The notes under the pieces are model-generated. The model did not search any database. It was not told the DNA's origin and saw only the letters and a list, made by a program, of their open reading frames with translations. This document shows positions 16,409 to 20,655 of a stretch of 20,655 bases of DNA, piece by piece (position 1 is the stretch's first letter; each line of letters begins with the position of its first letter). Made by a program: the position numbers and the translations under genes. Location of the stretch: NCBI GenBank assembly GCA_040752695.1, contig JBFMGO010000107.1, forward strand, positions 1 through 20,655, in the 5' to 3' direction. The stretch comes from a bacterium. Lineage in GTDB: Bacteria; SZUA-182; DTGQ01.

Positions 16409-17905
16409 ATGAAAAAAGTGATCAAGGCCATCCTGACCCTGATGGCGAGAACGCGGGATGCTATTGCGCTTGCACCAAGACTTGTGAGAAAACCTTTCGT
16501 TCTTTGCCATTGGCTTCTGAGTGCCCGCTGGGCTCAACTTGTTTTGGTGCTTGTGGTCCTGACCATGCCGAGCTTGGTTCCTTCTGCCGTGGATGTCCAA
16601 CTTGAGAAACTTTATCCGCCGATCACTACCAAAAAGATATTAGGATTAATTAAGTATACCAAACCCGATCCACGCCTTAAGGACCGCCAAAAACTGGTTC
16701 GCATCGTTTTATGGACAGGCTCTGGGAGTCTCGTACTATACCTTTTATTGTTGCACATTCCAGATGCCATCAATCGGGCACATGCGCTGGCCCGGAAACA
16801 TGAAAGTGAGGCTGATGCACTGGCCGAGTCTCAGCCATCGGCGAGCGTGTTGCACTATAATTCGGCGATTTCCCTTGTTTCCGATCCAAGATATGAAGTC
16901 GACCTGAAAAGTAAACTCAGAGCACTGGACAAGCGGCTCATCGAGATAAGCGAGCACAGATACGGAGTAAGCGCAAAACCAGAGTACGCAACCGAGTCGG
17001 CCCGGACCGTAAAGATGGAGATCGATGCAGAACAGCCTTCCGGTGAGGAAAGAGGGAAAACAATACAGACAATCCTGATAGAGGGTCCTGATGGTGTCGG
17101 CCCTGGGGGGCGCTACTGTATAAGGCAGGAACTTGGCCGGGGTGCTATGGGTATCGTCTATCGTGCTCATGATTGTGTACTCGCGCGTGATGTGGCCATC
17201 AAGCAAATTCCGGTCTACCTGAGCCATGATCATCAACTCATCGCACGCTTTCGGCAGGAAGCCAGAGCGCTGGCACGGCTGTGCCATCCACATATTGTTC
17301 AGGTCTATGACTTTGTTCAGGACGGAGAACAAGCGTGGATAACTATGGAACTTGTGGAAGGCGAAGAGTTAGAGAAGAGCCTGAGGGAATCTGGTCCTGT
17401 GTCAATCGGCGAGGCAATGGAAATAGGCGGCCAATTGGCAGAGGCATTGGCCTATGCTCATGAGCGGGGCGTGATTCATCGCGATTTCAAACCTGCAAAT
17501 GTTCTCTTGACCCAACACAGATCAGTTAAAATAACAGATTTTGGTCTGGCCAAACTCGCTCATTCCAGCATCTATACCCAAGAAGGTTCCGTGTTGGGCT
17601 CCCCCGCCTATATGAGTCCGGAACAGGCTGCAGGCAGAGGTTTGGATGCTCGCTCAGACATTTATGCGTTGGGCGTTACCTTATTTAAGATGCTTACCGG
17701 TCGTTTACCCTTTGAGGGTGACGCGGAAAGTGTTATTGCCCAAAAGCTCACTAAGGGTCCACCTCCATTGTCAGCACTCAATGAGCAAATCCCTGAACAG
17801 CTTAGCTGCTTGGTGTTGCAGATGCTGGCAAAGGAACCGAACAAACGACCACTAAGTATGGATACAGTCGCTGAAGCCTTGAGAACTTCCTTCAAATGGG
17901 GCTAA
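16409..17905 (+). CDS. Hanks-type Ser/Thr protein kinase with N-terminal membrane segments and a C-terminal kinase domain
   Basis: LGRGAMGIVY, VAIK, HRDFKPAN, DFG, GSPAYMSPEQ, SDIYALG. Two hydrophobic stretches (WAQLVLVLVVLTMPSLVP; IVLWTGSGSLVLYLLLLHIP). Start uncertain (GTG 16334 or ATG 16409). Confidence 0.92.
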   Translation: MKKVIKAILTLMARTRDAIALAPRLVRKPFVLCHWLLSARWAQLVLVLVVLTMPSLVPSAVDVQLEKLYPPITTKKILGLIKYTKPDPRLKDRQKLVRIVLWTGSGSLVLYLLLLHIPDAINRAHALARKHESEADALAESQPSASVLHYNSAISLVSDPRYEVDLKSKLRALDKRLIEISEHRYGVSAKPEYATESARTVKMEIDAEQPSGEERGKTIQTILIEGPDGVGPGGRYCIRQELGRGAMGIVYRAHDCVLARDVAIKQIPVYLSHDHQLIARFRQEARALARLCHPHIVQVYDFVQDGEQAWITMELVEGEELEKSLRESGPVSIGEAMEIGGQLAEALAYAHERGVIHRDFKPANVLLTQHRSVKITDFGLAKLAHSSIYTQEGSVLGSPAYMSPEQAAGRGLDARSDIYALGVTLFKMLTGRLPFEGDAESVIAQKLTKGPPPLSALNEQIPEQLSCLVLQMLAKEPNKRPLSMDTVAEALRTSFKWG

Positions 17906-17968
17906 TATAAGCATATCCAACCCACTTGGTACACGGCGCATTAAATACGCATCCAGATAGTGTATAGT

Positions 17969-18108
17969 AATCCTTCGTCATTCCCGCAGAGGCGGGGAAA
18001 GACCGTCGCCGTCCGTATCGATGTATTCCAATCCTTCGTCATTCCCGCGGAGGCGGGAATCCAGAAAGCCATTGAAAAGCCTGGATTCCCGCTTTCACGG
18101 GAATGACG
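17969..18108. repeat. Cluster of three GTCATTCCCGC-family palindromic repeats
   Basis: AATCCTTCGTCATTCCCGC.GAGGCGGG at 17969 and 18030 (direct), and inverted CTGGATTCCCGCTTTCACGGGAATGACG at 18081-18108. Core is ATTCCC-N8-GGGAAT. Confidence 0.85.
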
Positions 18109-18554
18109 GTTGCTTAGACTGCTCCTTAAAAGTGTCCGTTCTATGGACGAGGTCAACCGGATACGTAATTCCCGTTGCCTGTACTTACCGTGAAACCCGA
18201 CCTTGGATCTTGCAGGAACACCTTCCCCCAGGTTTTCAATTCCTCCCAGGCCACGATCATGATATGAATACATAATATTCGCTCATTATACGTAACATAA
18301 TATATACCTGAAATCATTGTAAAGATCGCTGAATATGTATAGCTAATATACGTTAAGCCGCTACAAAAGAGATCGATTGTTAGATAAAATTCATACAACC
18401 AAGAATGAAAGGCGTCAAATAGAGCATAAATAAATCAAAAAAATAAACTTTTCTCACTAAAGATTAATTCTACCAATGTACGAAAAGATATTAAAATATA
18501 CCCTAATTTTGATATTATTAACTTACTACCAGTGCAGGAGGCAAGGAGGAAAGG

Positions 18555-19901
18555 ATGAAAAAAAGTTTCCTATCACTCATCGTAGCTATCTTATTAGTTC
18601 TCTCTCTGCATCAATACGCTGGTGCAGAATACTGGGAAAAGGTTGCTGACAAAGGATTTGGCGAACCGGGGAATGATTATGCCTGGAGTATGGCCACCTT
18701 CCAGGGGAAACTTTATGTTGGAACGCTCAACATATGGAAAGGGGCCGAAATCTGGAGCAGCAGCAGTGGAGAACAGGACAGCTGGAAACGGGTTTATAAT
18801 TCACACTCTGGCATTCTCTCTAATGCCGGGATACGCTATCTGTATCCTGATGGTGATGAAGCCCTGTATGCCTGCGCTGCTAATCTGAACGGAGCCGAGA
18901 TCTTACGGACGCAAGACGGAAAGCATTGGTCTGTGGTTGGAAAAAGAGGAGTAGGAAACCAGAAGAATACCAGCATCCGCTGTATGACCCGCTTTGGAAA
19001 ATACCTTTATGGTGGAGCAGGTAACAACGGTGCCCAACTGTGCAGAAGCAAGGATGGCCTTGATTGGGAATTGGTCAAAACCGAGCCGAAATTTGAATCC
19101 ACCAGGGTTTTTGATCCCAATACGAATAGCTGGGTTACCAACAATACCCTGATTGGGGAACTGGTAGTCTTTAAGGACAAGCTCTATGCCATTACCTGGA
19201 CAAAGGATCTGAAACCTTTAGTAGTGATCGATACCATGAAGGAAGAACCTACCAAGGATTTAAAGCTTCCTCAATCTCCCGGTGCTTTTGAAGTATGGAG
19301 GAGCAGCGATGGAGTAAAATGGGAGACTGTGGTGGGTCAAAATGACCGCTATGGGAACGGCATGGGTTTCAGCCGTCGTGATCCGGATGGCATGAACAAC
19401 GATATCGTTACTTCATCAACCGTTTTTAACGGCTGTCTCTACTTGGGAACACAAAACAGCGAGGGGAATACTTCTATCTGGCGGACATCCAATGGGACCG
19501 AATGGACCAAGGTCCTGGCCTTTTATGATCTGGGGGAGAGGTATAACTACTACATCTGGCGCATGATAGCCTTCAGGGATAAGTTGTTTATCGGCACCCT
19601 GAACGAGGGGGCGGTCGAAGATGCCGGCGTAACCGGAGCCCAAATCTGGATTTCCAACTCCGGTGATCCTGGATCATTCAGCAACCTTATCCATAACGGA
19701 TTTGATGGAGAAACCCTTACCCTCGCCGATATAACAATGCCAAAGAACTATGGTATCCGCTGCTTTGGCATTCTTAATGATACCCTGTTTGCAGGCACGG
19801 CAACCATTATCAGTATCCCGGTACCAAAATATAATCCGGATGATGAGGTAACTATCGCCGGCAAGGACGTCGGCTGTGAAATCTGGAAAATGATCCCCTG
19901 A
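18555..19901 (+). CDS. Exported protein, probable beta-propeller with Asp-box-like S/T-x-D-G-x-x-W repeats
   Basis: AAGGAGG RBS; signal peptide MKKSFLSLIVAILLVLSLHQYAGA; repeated F.gkLY.GT...EIWRS.DG..W units (RTQDGKHW, RSKDGLDW, RSSDGVKW, RTSNGTEW). Confidence 0.8.
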   Translation: MKKSFLSLIVAILLVLSLHQYAGAEYWEKVADKGFGEPGNDYAWSMATFQGKLYVGTLNIWKGAEIWSSSSGEQDSWKRVYNSHSGILSNAGIRYLYPDGDEALYACAANLNGAEILRTQDGKHWSVVGKRGVGNQKNTSIRCMTRFGKYLYGGAGNNGAQLCRSKDGLDWELVKTEPKFESTRVFDPNTNSWVTNNTLIGELVVFKDKLYAITWTKDLKPLVVIDTMKEEPTKDLKLPQSPGAFEVWRSSDGVKWETVVGQNDRYGNGMGFSRRDPDGMNNDIVTSSTVFNGCLYLGTQNSEGNTSIWRTSNGTEWTKVLAFYDLGERYNYYIWRMIAFRDKLFIGTLNEGAVEDAGVTGAQIWISNSGDPGSFSNLIHNGFDGETLTLADITMPKNYGIRCFGILNDTLFAGTATIISIPVPKYNPDDEVTIAGKDVGCEIWKMIP

Positions 19902-19942
19902 AAACCTCGCTCTATGAAGCGTGGCAATATCTTACGATGATA

Positions 19943-20040
19943 TACCGGCTTCCCGCTCGATCTTATGTTTCAGTTCATGCTGATCATATGATGGAGAAGG
20001 GAAGCCGGTAAACAGGTAAGAGCGTTTACCGGCATTCCCT
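19943..20040. terminator. Three-arm inverted repeat between convergent genes (probable bidirectional terminator)
   Basis: TACCGGCTTCCC (19943-19954) and GTTTACCGGCATTCCCT (20024-20040) are both complementary to AGGGAAGCCGGTAAAC (19998-20013). Confidence 0.55.
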
Positions 20041-20094
20041 TTCAGTTCACTTTTCGATCATTCCTGGCAGCATCTTCTCCTTTTGTTCCCCTGA

Positions 20095-20646
20095 TTACTC
20101 AACCTCTACGCTTACCTCAAAGGTACTGCTTACGCTTCCGGAAGAGCTTGTATACTCAAGTTTAATATTGGTGGTGCCAATATCGATGCCTTTAAAAATC
20201 CACTGCTCCATATAGCTATTTGTCTGGACCAGGTAAAATTGTCTGCTTTGCTTTTCAACAATATCTTCATCTATTTCATCCGTATCCAGGACCCATTGAT
20301 ACCCACCATAAGGGTTGGAAGCTAAGATGATACTGATGGTATCGCTCTCTTCAATGGTAACGTCATCGCCATTGTTGCTTACCGTAAGGGATTTATCAGC
20401 AGTCTGAAATTGCTGAGTAGGAGTCTGCGTGTAAGGATACTGCCCATAGGGGTTATACTGCCCGTAGGGATTCTGCGCGTATTGATATTGCCCATAGGGA
20501 TTATACTGCCCGTAGGGATTCTGCTGCCCATAGGGATTCTGCGCGTATTGATACTGCCCGTAGGGATTCTGCGCGTATTGATATTGCCCATAGGGATTAT
20601 ACTGCCCGAAGGGATTCTGCTCATATAGATACTGACCGTAGTGAAA
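20095..20646 (-). CDS. Partial gene: NPYGQ/QYQYAQ low-complexity repeats fused to a chagasin/inhibitor I42-like domain
   Basis: Manual translation, 183 sense codons with no N-terminal start: FHYGQYLYEQNPFGQYNPYGQYQYAQNPYGQ...SLTVSNNGDDVTIEESDTISIILASNPYGGYQWVLD...EQWIFKGIDIGTTNIKLEY...TFEVSVEVE*. The track ORFs here are the wrong frames. Confidence 0.78.
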   Translation of the reverse strand, partial: FHYGQYLYEQNPFGQYNPYGQYQYAQNPYGQYQYAQNPYGQQNPYGQYNPYGQYQYAQNPYGQYNPYGQYPYTQTPTQQFQTADKSLTVSNNGDDVTIEESDTISIILASNPYGGYQWVLDTDEIDEDIVEKQSRQFYLVQTNSYMEQWIFKGIDIGTTNIKLEYTSSSGSVSSTFEVSVEVE

Positions 20647-20655
20647 CTAATGAGC

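Noticed and set aside
17969..18108. CRISPR mini-array (28-bp direct repeats, 61-bp period)
   Set aside because: Only two direct copies plus one inverted copy, the same motif occurs alone at 15568, and no cas genes are present. It fits a REP-type palindrome family.
17941..18398. Small ORFs of 81-110 aa between the kinase and propeller genes
   Set aside because: Two are largely translations of the palindromic repeat. The third (18153-18398) has no recognisable motif or RBS and is at most a decayed fragment.
20379..20628. Track ORFs RIPTGSI... (minus) and ILPVGIL... (plus)
   Set aside because: Alternative frames of the NPYGQ repeat; only the third minus-strand frame continues into a plausible folded domain.
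10860..20655. Intact prophage, integrative element or diversity-generating retroelement
   Set aside because: No integrase, transposase, reverse transcriptase, phage structural gene, tRNA attachment site or template/variable repeat pair is visible.

Overview
Bacterial chromosomal window in two parts. The left half (1-10785) is core housekeeping: the 3' end of a V/A-type ATPase subunit D gene (not in the ORF track), tungstate/molybdate ABC transporter genes tupB-tupC on the minus strand with no tupA in the window, then lipA, hom, nadA, alaS, a phasin-like gene and a UbiB/ABC1 kinase on the plus strand. The right half (10860-20655) is an accessory region with long AT-rich intergenic stretches. 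It holds an antitoxin and a truncated PIN toxin, a beta-sandwich-repeat surface-protein gene broken at both ends, an exported protein made of 21 GLY[G/S] repeats, a PTS EIIA-C4 zinc-ribbon fusion, a frameshifted phage-like remnant, an FHA plus membrane Ser/Thr kinase pair, an exported beta-propeller-like protein, and a partial gene (missed by the ORF track) with NPYGQ repeats fused to a chagasin/I42-like domain. Several REP/MITE-like palindromes and many unrelated short tandem duplications (units of 9-18 bp) are scattered through the window. The best novelty candidates are the Tyr/Gly-rich low-complexity proteins, the EIIA-zinc ribbon fusion and the duplication signature. All family assignments are by eye; no searches were run.
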